Virus record (IMG/VR): IMGVR_UViG_2671181136_000003
From: a virus
Taxonomy: Duplodnaviria; Heunggongvirae; Uroviricota; Caudoviricetes
Reading direction: 5' to 3' (one strand)
Length of the DNA stretch: 20,962 nucleotides
A model generated the notes under the pieces. The model made no database searches, had not been told where the DNA came from, and saw nothing but the letters and a program-made list of their open reading frames with translations. Positions 1 to 7,891 of this stretch are shown here, one piece after another. Both the position numbers and the translations under genes were made by a program. Every line of letters starts with the position of its first letter. The stretch's first letter is position 1.

Positions 1-506
1 CGGCTGCCGTTCTGGCGCTGATTGCCGCAGGTGCGCCTGCGCCTGAAATCCTCGACCAGTTTCTGGATGAAAAGGAAGGTAACCACACCACGGCATACCG
101 TGATGGCGCGGGTATCTGGACCATCTGTCGCGGTGCCATTCTGGTGGATAGTAAACCTGTCCTCCCGGGCATGAAGTTGTCGAAGGAAAAATGCGACCAG
201 GTTAACGCCATTGAACGTGATAAGGCGCTGGCATGGGTGGAGAAAAACATCAGAGTGCCACTGACCGAACCCCAGAAAGCGGGGATCGCGTCATTCTGTC
301 CGTACAACATTGGTCCCGGTAAGTGTTTCCCGTCGACGTTTTATAAACGAATTAATGCAGGTGATCGAAAAGGTGCCTGCGAAGCGATTCGCTGGTGGAT
401 TAAGGACGGTGGCAGAGACTGCCGTATTCGCTCAAACAACTGTTACGGTCAGGTATCCCGTCGCGACCAGGAGAGTGCGCTGGCGTGCTGGGGAATTGAC
501 AGATAA
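1..506 (+). CDS. Phage endolysin, T4-lysozyme-like (GH24) fold, 5'-partial (reading frame enters from upstream of the window, codons start at base 3)
   Basis: Frame of ORF 144..506 stays open to the window start. Translation contains the E-x8-D-x5-T catalytic spacing typical of T4-type lysozymes (EGNHTTAYRDGAGIWT). The N-terminal hydrophobic stretch (AAVLALIAAGAPAP) suggests a SAR/signal-anchor type endolysin. Sits immediately upstream of the Rz/Rz1 spanins. Confidence 0.8.
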   Translation, partial: AAVLALIAAGAPAPEILDQFLDEKEGNHTTAYRDGAGIWTICRGAILVDSKPVLPGMKLSKEKCDQVNAIERDKALAWVEKNIRVPLTEPQKAGIASFCPYNIGPGKCFPSTFYKRINAGDRKGACEAIRWWIKDGGRDCRIRSNNCYGQVSRRDQESALACWGIDR

Positions 507-600
507 GCAGAATATTTTGCTGAAAAATAAGGCGTGGCCACGCGGGCGGATAACACGAAATCCTGCGAACTGGCGAAACGTAAGTGAATAAAAGTAAAAA

Positions 601-635
601 CCCCGTTTGTTGGCACCAAGCGGGGGTTTGTGTTT
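601..635 (+). terminator. Candidate intrinsic terminator-like hairpin downstream of the endolysin
   Basis: CCCCGTTTG (601-609) pairs with CAAGCGGGG (617-625) with one G-U wobble, 7-nt loop, followed by the T-rich tract GTTTGTGTTT. Seen directly in sequence; function not tested. Confidence 0.35.
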
Positions 636-662
636 CTGACCTTGAGTAAGGCAAGGGAGAAC

Positions 663-845
663 ATGGCGAAGTATAAACGAATTCTGTTGAGGTTGACCAT
701 GAAAAACGGCCTTGAACTGAAAGCGCCTGTAACTGATGACATCAGCAGAGCACTGGCTTTTGCCATTAAGTGGGTGGCGGTCGGTGTTGCTGTGTCCCCG
801 ATGCTGTATGGGCTGGCAAAACTGGTCATTGCGTTGAAATCGTGA
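663..845 (+). CDS. Hypothetical small protein (60 aa) between endolysin and spanin genes
   Basis: ATG at 663 preceded by AGGGAGA (654-660); the ORF track entry 630..845 starts further upstream, inside the hairpin. C-terminal hydrophobic segment ([22 protein letters not shown]). No family recognised. Confidence 0.4.
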   Translation: MAKYKRILLRLTMKNGLELKAPVTDDISRALAFAIKWVAVGVAVSPMLYGLAKLVIALKS

Positions 846-859
846 AGGGAGGATTAAGC

Positions 860-991
860 ATGTCAGACAAACTCATAACGCTGGCGAAGATCCTCTGTGT
901 AATTGTCGGCATTTCATTTTCACTAATGCTGGTTGCTCTTTTTCTTTCCATGGCCTGGATGATGTTGTCTTCGTCGGGGCTGCTGGGGTGA
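860..991 (+). CDS. Hypothetical small membrane protein (43 aa, single predicted transmembrane helix)
   Basis: ATG at 860 preceded by a strong RBS GAAGGGAGGA (844-853). Almost entirely hydrophobic ([26 protein letters not shown]). Its TGA stop overlaps the GTG start of Rz (GTGA), suggesting translational coupling. Confidence 0.45.
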   Translation: MSDKLITLAKILCVIVGISFSLMLVALFLSMAWMMLSSSGLLG

Positions 992-1488
992 ACATAAACC
1001 GAATGCTTTCCGCGTTTATCGTTATTCTGCTGGTGGCCTGTGGTGCGCTGTGGATGGCAACAGACCATTACCGTGATAACGCGATTACCTACAAAGCGCA
1101 GCGCGATAACAAAGCCAGTGAACTGAAGCTGGCGAACGCAACCATTACTGATATGCAGGTGCGCCAGCGCGATGTTGCTGCGCTCGATGCAAAATACTCG
1201 AGGGAATTAGCCGATGCGAGAGCTGAAAATGAAACTCTTCGCGCTGACGTTGCCGCTGGTCGTAAGCGCCTGCGGATCAACGCCACCTGTCCAGGCTCCG
1301 TGCGTGAAGCCCCCACCACCTCCGGCGTGGATAATGCAACCGGCCCCCGACTGGCAGACACCGCTGAACGGGATTATTTCATCCTCAGAGAACGGTTGAT
1401 GACAATGCAGAAGCAGCTGGAAGGGGCGCAGGAATATATCCGCACTCAGTGCACTAAGCTGGCTTTTTATTATCCGGAGGATATATGA
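988..1488 (+). CDS. Rz: Rz i-spanin (inner-membrane spanin subunit)
   Basis: Translation closely matches the remembered lambda Rz sequence ([14 protein letters not shown]..., [37 protein letters not shown]). N-terminal TM segment. Start may be GTG at 988 or ATG at 1003. Confidence 0.9.
   Translation: MNINRMLSAFIVILLVACGALWMATDHYRDNAITYKAQRDNKASELKLANATITDMQVRQRDVAALDAKYSRELADARAENETLRADVAAGRKRLRINATCPGSVREAPTTSGVDNATGPRLADTAERDYFILRERLMTMQKQLEGAQEYIRTQCTKLAFYYPEDI
1214..1399 (+). CDS. Rz1: Rz1 o-spanin (outer-membrane lipoprotein), embedded in the +1 frame of Rz
   Basis: Completely nested inside Rz in another frame. Lipobox LVVSAC, proline-rich core [27 protein letters not shown], closely matching remembered lambda Rz1. 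Confidence 0.85.
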   Translation: MRELKMKLFALTLPLVVSACGSTPPVQAPCVKPPPPPAWIMQPAPDWQTPLNGIISSSENG

Positions 1489-1709
1489 AGAAATTACTGG
1501 TAACCGTAAAGCCTTTTCAGGGAACAATTCTGTTCCGTATTTTGCAGCGTGGTCGTGTTCTTGTTGAAGGTTCGTTCAGTGGTAAATGTACGCAATTACA
1601 CTCCCGGACCTTTCAGGTGAATGCCACGAATGAAGAGCTAACCGTGGAGTGTACGATGAATGCCGCTAAATGCCGCATGGTATCCGCTGCATTACAGCCA
1701 GTGTGTTGA
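1485..1709 (+). CDS. Hypothetical protein (74 aa), first gene of the accessory island
   Basis: ATG at 1485 preceded by GGAGG (1476-1480) and overlapping the Rz stop (ATGA). No family recognised. Confidence 0.4.
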   Translation: MKKLLVTVKPFQGTILFRILQRGRVLVEGSFSGKCTQLHSRTFQVNATNEELTVECTMNAAKCRMVSAALQPVC

Positions 1710-1984
1710 GCGACCTTATTATCCATGCGCGGTATTGTCGCCGTATTCCCGCATTAACAGAGACCGCAGCCCGACCGGGAGACTCCTCTTCGCGAGTGTG
1801 CGGGGATAATCAAAAACGATACACACCGGGGTTTACCGCGTTAACGGAGCGCGGCGTTGCCCCTCATAGTCGCCTGTCCGGTGCGATGGTGGAAGAAGCC
1901 GGACGATGTGTTACCTCGCAAGCCCTGTTATGTGTCTGATTTGTGATTTAAGTCGGATAATTGTCGTTGCCATCAAGCAGAGGA

Positions 1985-2027
1985 TTGATGACCGACAGGG
2001 TGGCATTGTTAGAATAAGACTTATTCT
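1985..2027 (+). promoter_or_regulatory. Candidate promoter with overlapping 17-bp palindrome upstream of the TonB-C-like lipoprotein gene
   Basis: Possible -35 TTGATG (1985-1990) and -10 TAGAAT (2010-2015), spacer about 19 nt. Perfect inverted repeat AGAATAAG-A-CTTATTCT (2011-2027) overlaps the -10. Sequence-only, untested. Confidence 0.25.
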
Positions 2028-2041
2028 TATCTGTGCCGGGA

Positions 2042-2374
2042 ATGAAAATGAAAAGAAATCTTCCGTTAATTATTTTGTTGTCTTCTCTGGTTATGGGCTG
2101 TACGCAACATAAAACAGATATGCCCCGACAGTTGGTTAAGGCATTACCACAATATCCGGCCTATGCAGCGGCAAATTATATAAAGGGACGGGTTGATGTG
2201 AAGTTTGATATTGGTGCTGATGGTACTGTCACCCGAATTGAGTTTATCCGTTCAGAGCCGCACCATCTGTTTGATGAGCAGGTTGTAAAGGCGATGGCAA
2301 AATGGCGATTTGAGAAGGACAGGCCGCGTAAAGGCGTGAAGAAAACGTTTATCTTTAGTCCTTCTGCACCCTGA
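2042..2374 (+). CDS. Putative lipoprotein with a TonB C-terminal-like domain
   Basis: N-terminal signal peptide with lipobox-like LVMGC. The rest aligns by eye to the TonB C-terminal domain (PxYPxxAxxxxIxGxVxVKFDIxxDGxV, then AMxKWRFE). Start is ATG 2042 or ATG 2048; the ORF track shows GTG 2033. Confidence 0.65.
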   Translation: MKMKRNLPLIILLSSLVMGCTQHKTDMPRQLVKALPQYPAYAAANYIKGRVDVKFDIGADGTVTRIEFIRSEPHHLFDEQVVKAMAKWRFEKDRPRKGVKKTFIFSPSAP

Positions 2375-2505
2375 TTATTTCATCAGAAATTAATTATCAC
2401 TCTGTTGTTATTCTGTACATTCCGGCTGGGTAAGTCTTGTTCCGCCGGGTATGAAGATGAAATATTGTTGGAGGACAGTGGGTGCCTGCTCCTGTAACCG
2501 AACGT

Positions 2506-2706
2506 TCATTTCTCGTTATTTGTCATGCTGGCCGGACGCAGATGCGTTGCATCTGTTGCCAGCCTTCTCCTGCAGGCTTCAATAACCCACGCTGAAAAGT
2601 TACCGGAACCTTTATGTTCAAGGGCGATATTGATCTGTTCAATCATGTGATTGGGGAAACGGATATTGCGGGTTGTGGTTCTGCGGGTCCGGTTTTTCGA
2701 TGACAT
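2506..2706 (-). CDS. Small DUF3950 / YlcI-like protein (66 aa), convergent with the lipoprotein gene
   Basis: Start placed at the internal ATG (2706-2704) of - strand ORF 2506..2766, which has an RBS AAAGGAAAT upstream. The sequence (MSSKNRTRRTTTRNIRFPNHMIEQINIALEHKGSGNFSAWVIEACRRRL) resembles, from memory, the DLP12-prophage YlcI family, which also lies between lysis and packaging genes. The identification is memory-based, so the symbol is left blank. Confidence 0.55.
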   Translation of the reverse strand: MSSKNRTRRTTTRNIRFPNHMIEQINIALEHKGSGNFSAWVIEACRRRLATDATHLRPASMTNNEK

Positions 2707-2747
2707 ATTTATTTCCTTTACTGATTGCCATATGACGGGGATTTTAC

Positions 2748-3113
2748 ATGGCTGAGCTTCGTACACTCCAGAGCAGAATCAAAACACTGAATACCCGACG
2801 GGTGAATATTCTGAAGGGTGAACAGCGTCGTGTCAGTGGCAGTGCACGTGTTTCCCTCAAGCGTCATATCTGGCTGAGGGATGCCGGACAGTGCTGTCTC
2901 TGTGGTCGTGTGGTTGACCTCTGTGACAGTGAACTCGATCACCGAATTGCACTTCAGTTCGGTGGTGGTAATGAGGAGACGAATCTCTGGACGCTCTGTA
3001 CCGAATGCCATCGCCAGAAGTCAGTCAGTGAAACGGCGAGTGGTATGCCGGACCCGACGCTGCCGGAGGTGTCCGGAGGTCATGGCAGGGCAGACGATAT
3101 CATCGGACTGTGA
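2748..3113 (+). CDS. HNH endonuclease (packaging-associated)
   Basis: Motifs CxxCG ... DHRIALQFGG ... N ... CxxCHxxK. Lies immediately upstream of the terminase genes, the position typical of HNH proteins that assist terminase in HK97-like cos phages. Confidence 0.85.
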   Translation: MAELRTLQSRIKTLNTRRVNILKGEQRRVSGSARVSLKRHIWLRDAGQCCLCGRVVDLCDSELDHRIALQFGGGNEETNLWTLCTECHRQKSVSETASGMPDPTLPEVSGGHGRADDIIGL

Positions 3114-3204
3114 CCCGCCCCGGGGGGGGATCATCCGGCGAAAAAAACGATCGCCCCGGACACCGCGCCCCCTCTCACGCAGAGAAAAAATTCCCGTTTC
3201 AGGG

Positions 3205-3331
3205 CAGTTAACATGTTAACTGGCTGCCCGGGCATTTTTGCGGTTTTTATCTTTATTATTCAGTTTGTTGTGCGGAAAAAATGTTAACAGGCTTTTTCAG
3301 CAAATGTTAACCAGGCAGCAGTTAACATTTG
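3205..3331. promoter_or_regulatory. Cluster of four GTTAAC-core motifs (candidate terminase recognition / cos-region or operator elements)
   Basis: Perfect 18-bp palindrome CAGTTAACATGTTAACTG (3205-3222); ATGTTAAC at 3281-3288; 11-bp inverted repeat CAAATGTTAAC (3301-3311) and GTTAACATTTG (3321-3331) separated by 9 bp. All lie in the 289-bp non-coding gap between HNH and terS. Confidence 0.45.
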
Positions 3332-3402
3332 CGGCATGAGACGCCGGGAAAAATGGGCTGAACCATACCCGGCTGAGTGCGTTCTGGACCCGGGAGGAGG
3401 CT

Positions 3403-3966
3403 GTGCTGACAACGCAAAAACGAAAATTTGCGCTGGCGCTCATGTCCGGGAAAAACAAAACAGCGTCAGCCATTGCCGCCGGTTATTCGGCGAAGACAGC
3501 CAGGGTTAAAGGCTCGCAGCTGGCAAAAGATCCGGAGGTGCTCGCGTTTATAGCCCGTAAACAGTGCGAGACGGTGGAGGTGGATGAGGTTCCTGTTTAC
3601 CGGCAGAAAAAATCAGAGCAGGAGGATAAACCCCGTCGCCGTGAGGCGGCTGCAATACCACAGCCGGACGAAAACAATCCGGAGATGCCACCGTCCGCGG
3701 TGATGTCTCCTGGTATTGAATATATGGAGGATGGTCTTCCCGATCCGGTGAAAGCCATGGGGCGGATCCTGGTGGAAAACCTCTGCATTGATCCGAAACT
3801 GGCACTGGATGCGGCCTGGCGTCTGGCGCAGTTCACGCACCATAAAAAAGGGGATGCCGGTAAAAAATCGGCAAAAGGTGATGCCGCGAAAAAAGCGGCT
3901 AACCGTTTTGCGGTGCCACCGCCACCCCGACTGGTGGTGAATAACGATAATGAGGGCAACGGATGA
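3403..3966 (+). CDS. Terminase small subunit
   Basis: GTG start with RBS GGGAGGAGG (3391-3399). N-terminal HTH-like segment (KTASAIAAGYSAKTARVKGSQL) typical of small terminases of the P27-type family. Stop overlaps the terL start (ATGA). Confidence 0.75.
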   Translation: MLTTQKRKFALALMSGKNKTASAIAAGYSAKTARVKGSQLAKDPEVLAFIARKQCETVEVDEVPVYRQKKSEQEDKPRRREAAAIPQPDENNPEMPPSAVMSPGIEYMEDGLPDPVKAMGRILVENLCIDPKLALDAAWRLAQFTHHKKGDAGKKSAKGDAAKKAANRFAVPPPPRLVVNNDNEGNG

Positions 3967-5624
3967 TACCTGTATGGAGCACAGCCTGCCCGGACTGGGC
4001 AGAGCGCCTGAAAAAGGGGCTGTCGATTATTCCGGCTCCGATTTATCCGGACCAGGCTGCACATGCACTGGCGATTTTTAAACAACTGCGGATTGTGGAT
4101 GCACCGGGTAGCCCGACGTTCGGGGAGTCCTGCGCACCGTGGGTGTTTGACCTGGTGGCGGCCCTGTTTGGCTCCTATGATGCGCAGACCGGTGTACGCC
4201 ATATCAAGGAAGTGTTTATCCTTATCCCCAAGAAAAACAGTAAGTCCACGCTGGCCGCGGGGATCATGATGACGGCGCTGTTACTGAACTGGCGGCAGGC
4301 GGCGGGCTACACCATTCTGGCCCCGACCGTGGAGGTGGCGGCTAACGCCTTCAACCCTGCCAGGGATATGGTACGACGGGACGATGATCTGGATGACCTC
4401 TGTCAGGTGCAGACACATATCCGGACCATCACCCATCGGGTGACGGACACCACCCTGAAGGTGGTGGCAGCCGATCCGAATACGGTGTCCGGTATCAAGT
4501 CCGTGGGGACACTGATTGATGAACTGTGGCTGTTTGGCAAGCAGTACAAAGCGGAAGACATGCTACGTGAAGCCATCGGCGGGCTTGCCTCCCGTCCGGA
4601 AGGATTTGTGGTGTACACAACCACCCAGTCGAATGAACCGCCTGCCGGGGTGTTCAGACAGAAACTGCAGTACGCCCGGGATGTCCGTGACGGCAAAATT
4701 CATGATCCGCACTTTCTGCCGGTGATATTTGAACACCCTCCTGAAATGGTGGAAAGCGGGGCTCACCTGCTGATGGAAAACCTCGCCATGGTCAATCCGA
4801 ATCTCGGTTATTCGGTGGATGAGGCTTTTCTGTACCGGGAGTACCGTAAAGCCCGGGAGGCTGGTGAGGAAGCATTTCGTGGCTTCATGTCAAAACACGC
4901 CAATGTGGAAATCGGTCTTGCCCTGCGTTCTGACCGCTGGGCGGGCGCGGATTTCTGGGAGCAGCAGGGCCGTTGTATCAGCCTGGACGATATCCTGCGT
5001 CGTGCTGATGTGGTGACGGTGGGGATTGACGGCGGAGGGCTGGATGATCTGCTGGGGATGTATGTGATTGGGCGTGACCGGGAGACCCGCGAATGGCTGG
5101 GCTGGGGCCATGCCTGGGCGCATGAAACCGCGGTGGTCCGACGGAAGAGCGAGGCGTCCCGGTTTCAGGATCTTGTTGCCTGTGGAGATATGACCATTGT
5201 CCGGCGTGTCGGGGATGACACGGCGGAAGTGGCGGAATATGTGCGTCGCATTCATGAGGCTGAGTTACTGGACCATATCGGTATTGACCCGTCAGGGGTG
5301 GGGCAGATTCTGGATTCACTGGCGGAAGCCGGGATCCCCGACGGAATTGTGGTGGGGATAAGCCAGGGCTGGAAACTGGGCGGGGCCATCAAAACCACCG
5401 AGCGCAAACTGGCTGAAGGGGTGCTGATTCACGGTGATCAGCCCCTGATGGCCTGGTGTGTCGGTAATGCCCGGGTGGAGCCTAAAGGTAACGCCATTCT
5501 TATCACCAAACAGGCCAGCGGACGGGGAAAAATTGACCCGCTGATGGCGCTCTTCAATGCGGTGTCCCTGATGTCCCTGAATCCGGAACCGAAAAAGAAA
5601 GCGTATGAGGTTTTTTTCATATAA
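3963..5624 (+). CDS. Terminase large subunit
   Basis: 553 aa. N-terminal ATPase region with a P-loop-like segment (ILIPKKNSKST), C-terminal nuclease-like region. Size and position after terS fit a phage large terminase. Confidence 0.9.
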   Translation: MIPVWSTACPDWAERLKKGLSIIPAPIYPDQAAHALAIFKQLRIVDAPGSPTFGESCAPWVFDLVAALFGSYDAQTGVRHIKEVFILIPKKNSKSTLAAGIMMTALLLNWRQAAGYTILAPTVEVAANAFNPARDMVRRDDDLDDLCQVQTHIRTITHRVTDTTLKVVAADPNTVSGIKSVGTLIDELWLFGKQYKAEDMLREAIGGLASRPEGFVVYTTTQSNEPPAGVFRQKLQYARDVRDGKIHDPHFLPVIFEHPPEMVESGAHLLMENLAMVNPNLGYSVDEAFLYREYRKAREAGEEAFRGFMSKHANVEIGLALRSDRWAGADFWEQQGRCISLDDILRRADVVTVGIDGGGLDDLLGMYVIGRDRETREWLGWGHAWAHETAVVRRKSEASRFQDLVACGDMTIVRRVGDDTAEVAEYVRRIHEAELLDHIGIDPSGVGQILDSLAEAGIPDGIVVGISQGWKLGGAIKTTERKLAEGVLIHGDQPLMAWCVGNARVEPKGNAILITKQASGRGKIDPLMALFNAVSLMSLNPEPKKKAYEVFFI

Positions 5625-5649
5625 CCCTGCTCACCCTGTAACCATCATG

Positions 5650-5670
5650 AACCGCTGCGGCGGTTTTTTT
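5650..5670 (+). terminator. Short GC hairpin plus T7 tract (terminator-like) between terL and the capsid gene
   Basis: AACCGC-TGCG-GCGGTT followed by TTTTTTT; the next gene's RBS CAGGAGG is 6 nt downstream. Nearly identical to the element at 13358-13378. Confidence 0.3.
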
Positions 5671-5687
5671 ATTTTCAGGAGGCTGAT

Positions 5688-7625
5688 GTGACTCTTAAAC
5701 GGGCCTGTTCCCTGCTGACGGTGAAATCCTTCAGTGAGGATGAACGGGTGATCACCGGGATTGCGTCAACGCCTTCTCCGGATCGGGATGGTGACATCCT
5801 GGAGCCGGAGGGGGCTGAGTTTGGCAGTACGATCCCGTTTCTCTGGCAGCATGACCATTCCCGCCCTGTAGGACAGTGTACGGTGCGTCGGGTCAGGGAA
5901 GGGCTGGAAATCACGGCAATGCTGGTGAAGCCGGAGCCGGGGATGCCCTCCCAGATGGCAGCCCGGCTGGATGAGGCCTGGGCTGCCATTAAGACCGGGC
6001 TGGTCAGGGGGCTTTCTGTGGGCTTCCGGCCCCATGAATACACTTATCTGGACGGAGGCGGACTGCATTTTCTGCGCTGGGATCTGATGGAGGTGTCTGC
6101 CGTCACCGTGCCCGCGAATGCGGAATGCACCATCCGGACCATTAAATATTTCGACCGCCCGTTTTCTGCCGCGTCCGGCAACCGGAAACCGGTGGTGAAA
6201 ATCGCATCTTCTGCCGGCGCTTCGGCACAGTCAATAACCTCTTTTCATAAGGAAAAGTCAGCAATGAATACTGGTGAACAGATTAAAAGTTTTGAAAACA
6301 AGCGTGCGGCGCTGGCAGCCTCCCTTGAGGAGATCATGAACAAAGCCGCAGAGGAAGGCCGCACACTGGATGTGGAAGAGGAAGAGCACTACGACAACAC
6401 CGCAGCGGAAATCCGTCAGGTGGATGCGCACCTGAAGCGTCTGCGTGAACTGGAAACCAGTAAGGCCGCCACGGCACAGCCGGTGAAACAGGCCGGTAAC
6501 GGGAATGTGGCCACGGTGGCTTCAGCGCCGGTGATCCGTGTTGAGCAGAAACTGGAGAAGGGGATTGGTTTCGCCCGCTTTGCCAAATCACTGGCCGCGG
6601 CTAAAGGTGTCCGCTCTGAAGCCCTGGAAGTGGCCCGTCGTCAGTATCCGGATGACAGCCGTCTGCATCATGTCCTGAAATCGGCGGTGGGGGCAGGGAC
6701 CACCACGGACCCGCAGTGGGCAGGCAGCCTGTCTGAATACCAGGAATATGCGCAGGACTTTATTGATTACCTGCGTCCGCAGACCATTATCGGGCGATTT
6801 GGTCAGGGCGGGATCCCTGCACTTCGTCAGGTGCCGTTCAATATCCGCGTGCATGCCCAGGTGTCCGGTGGTGCTGCCGGCTGGGTGGGTGAGGGTAAGG
6901 CCAGACCCCTGACGAAGTTTGATTTTGAATCCATCACCTTCAGTCATGCGAAAGTGTCGGCCATTGCGGTACTGACGGAAGAATTGATCCGTTTTTCCAG
7001 TCCGGCTGCTGATGCACTGGTCCGTAATGCGCTGGCGGAAGCGGTGGTGGCGCGTCTGGACACAGACTTTGTGGACCCGAAAAAAGCGGCGGTGGCGGAT
7101 GTCTCCCCGGCGTCCATCACCCATGATGTGAAGGGCACGGCATCAACCGGTAACCCGGATGCGGATGCCGAGGCCGCGTTTGGCCAGTTTGTGACGGCAA
7201 ATCTGCAGCCCACCGGTGCGGTCTGGCTGATGTCCAGCACCAATGCCCTGGCGCTCTCCATGCGTAAAAATGCGCTGGGGCAGAAGGAATATCCGGACAT
7301 GACCTTGCTGGGCGGGACCTTCCAGGGGCTGCCGGTGATTGTCTCCCAGTATGTGGGTGACCAGCTGGTACTGGTGAATGCACCGGATATTTATCTGGCT
7401 GATGACGGCGGTGTGGCGGTGGATATGTCCCGTGAAGCGTCACTGGAGATGCAGTCTGAACCGACCAGCGACAGCAGCACACCGTCACCGGTGGAACTGG
7501 TCTCCATGTTTCAGACCGGCAGCGTGGCCATCCGTGCGGAGCGCTGGATCAACTGGCGTCGTCGCCGTACCGCGGCAGTGGCGGTGATCACCGGTGTGAA
7601 CTACGGAACTGCGTCCGGTGGCTGA
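5688..7625 (+). CDS. Fused prohead protease (HK97 family) - major capsid protein (HK97 fold)
   Basis: GTG start with RBS CAGGAGG. The N-terminal ~170 aa carry prohead-protease-like motifs (PFLWQHD, GLSVGF, EVSAVTVPAN). A coiled-coil delta-domain-like stretch follows (ENKRAALAASLEEIMNKAAEEGRTLDVEEEEHY), then a ~400-aa capsid-like region. Confidence 0.8.
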   Translation: MTLKRACSLLTVKSFSEDERVITGIASTPSPDRDGDILEPEGAEFGSTIPFLWQHDHSRPVGQCTVRRVREGLEITAMLVKPEPGMPSQMAARLDEAWAAIKTGLVRGLSVGFRPHEYTYLDGGGLHFLRWDLMEVSAVTVPANAECTIRTIKYFDRPFSAASGNRKPVVKIASSAGASAQSITSFHKEKSAMNTGEQIKSFENKRAALAASLEEIMNKAAEEGRTLDVEEEEHYDNTAAEIRQVDAHLKRLRELETSKAATAQPVKQAGNGNVATVASAPVIRVEQKLEKGIGFARFAKSLAAAKGVRSEALEVARRQYPDDSRLHHVLKSAVGAGTTTDPQWAGSLSEYQEYAQDFIDYLRPQTIIGRFGQGGIPALRQVPFNIRVHAQVSGGAAGWVGEGKARPLTKFDFESITFSHAKVSAIAVLTEELIRFSSPAADALVRNALAEAVVARLDTDFVDPKKAAVADVSPASITHDVKGTASTGNPDADAEAAFGQFVTANLQPTGAVWLMSSTNALALSMRKNALGQKEYPDMTLLGGTFQGLPVIVSQYVGDQLVLVNAPDIYLADDGGVAVDMSREASLEMQSEPTSDSSTPSPVELVSMFQTGSVAIRAERWINWRRRRTAAVAVITGVNYGTASGG

Positions 7626-7669
7626 GTCTGATGAGGAGGGCGGGAGGCGCGAGCTTCCCGCAGTAACAG

Positions 7670-7891
7670 ATGGCAAAAATCCAGTATCTGCAGGGCACGC
7701 ATGATGCCCGGGCCGGGGATATCCGTGATGTGGCACAGCCGTGTGCGGAGGTGCTGGTTCGCCTGGGGAAGGCGGAGTACATCACAGCGCGACGTCCGGC
7801 AGGTCAGAAAAAGAAACGTGATGCGGAGCATGGCGAATGTGGAACCTTTTGCGGCGAACCCGAAAAAACCAGAAATCAGGACGTGACGTAA
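7670..7891 (+). CDS. Hypothetical small ORF (73 aa) between capsid and portal genes; may not be a real gene
   Basis: Listed only in the ORF track; weak RBS; overlaps the portal start by 55 nt; no family recognised. Confidence 0.2.
   Translation: MAKIQYLQGTHDARAGDIRDVAQPCAEVLVRLGKAEYITARRPAGQKKKRDAEHGECGTFCGEPEKTRNQDVT

Noticed and set aside
1670-1939. 89-aa + strand ORF in the gap between the 74-aa ORF and the lipoprotein gene
   Set aside because: No recognisable RBS, overlaps the upstream ORF end, translation not protein-like; the region is more plausibly the promoter/leader of the lipoprotein moron.
2541-2557. Inverted repeat CAGATGC-GTT-GCATCTG
   Set aside because: Lies inside the YlcI-like coding region on the opposite strand; short arms; no T-tract or promoter context; likely coincidental.
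3597-4202. 201-aa - strand ORF overlapping terS and terL
   Set aside because: Antisense to two confidently assigned terminase genes; Arg/Cys-rich translation typical of spurious GC-rich antisense ORFs.
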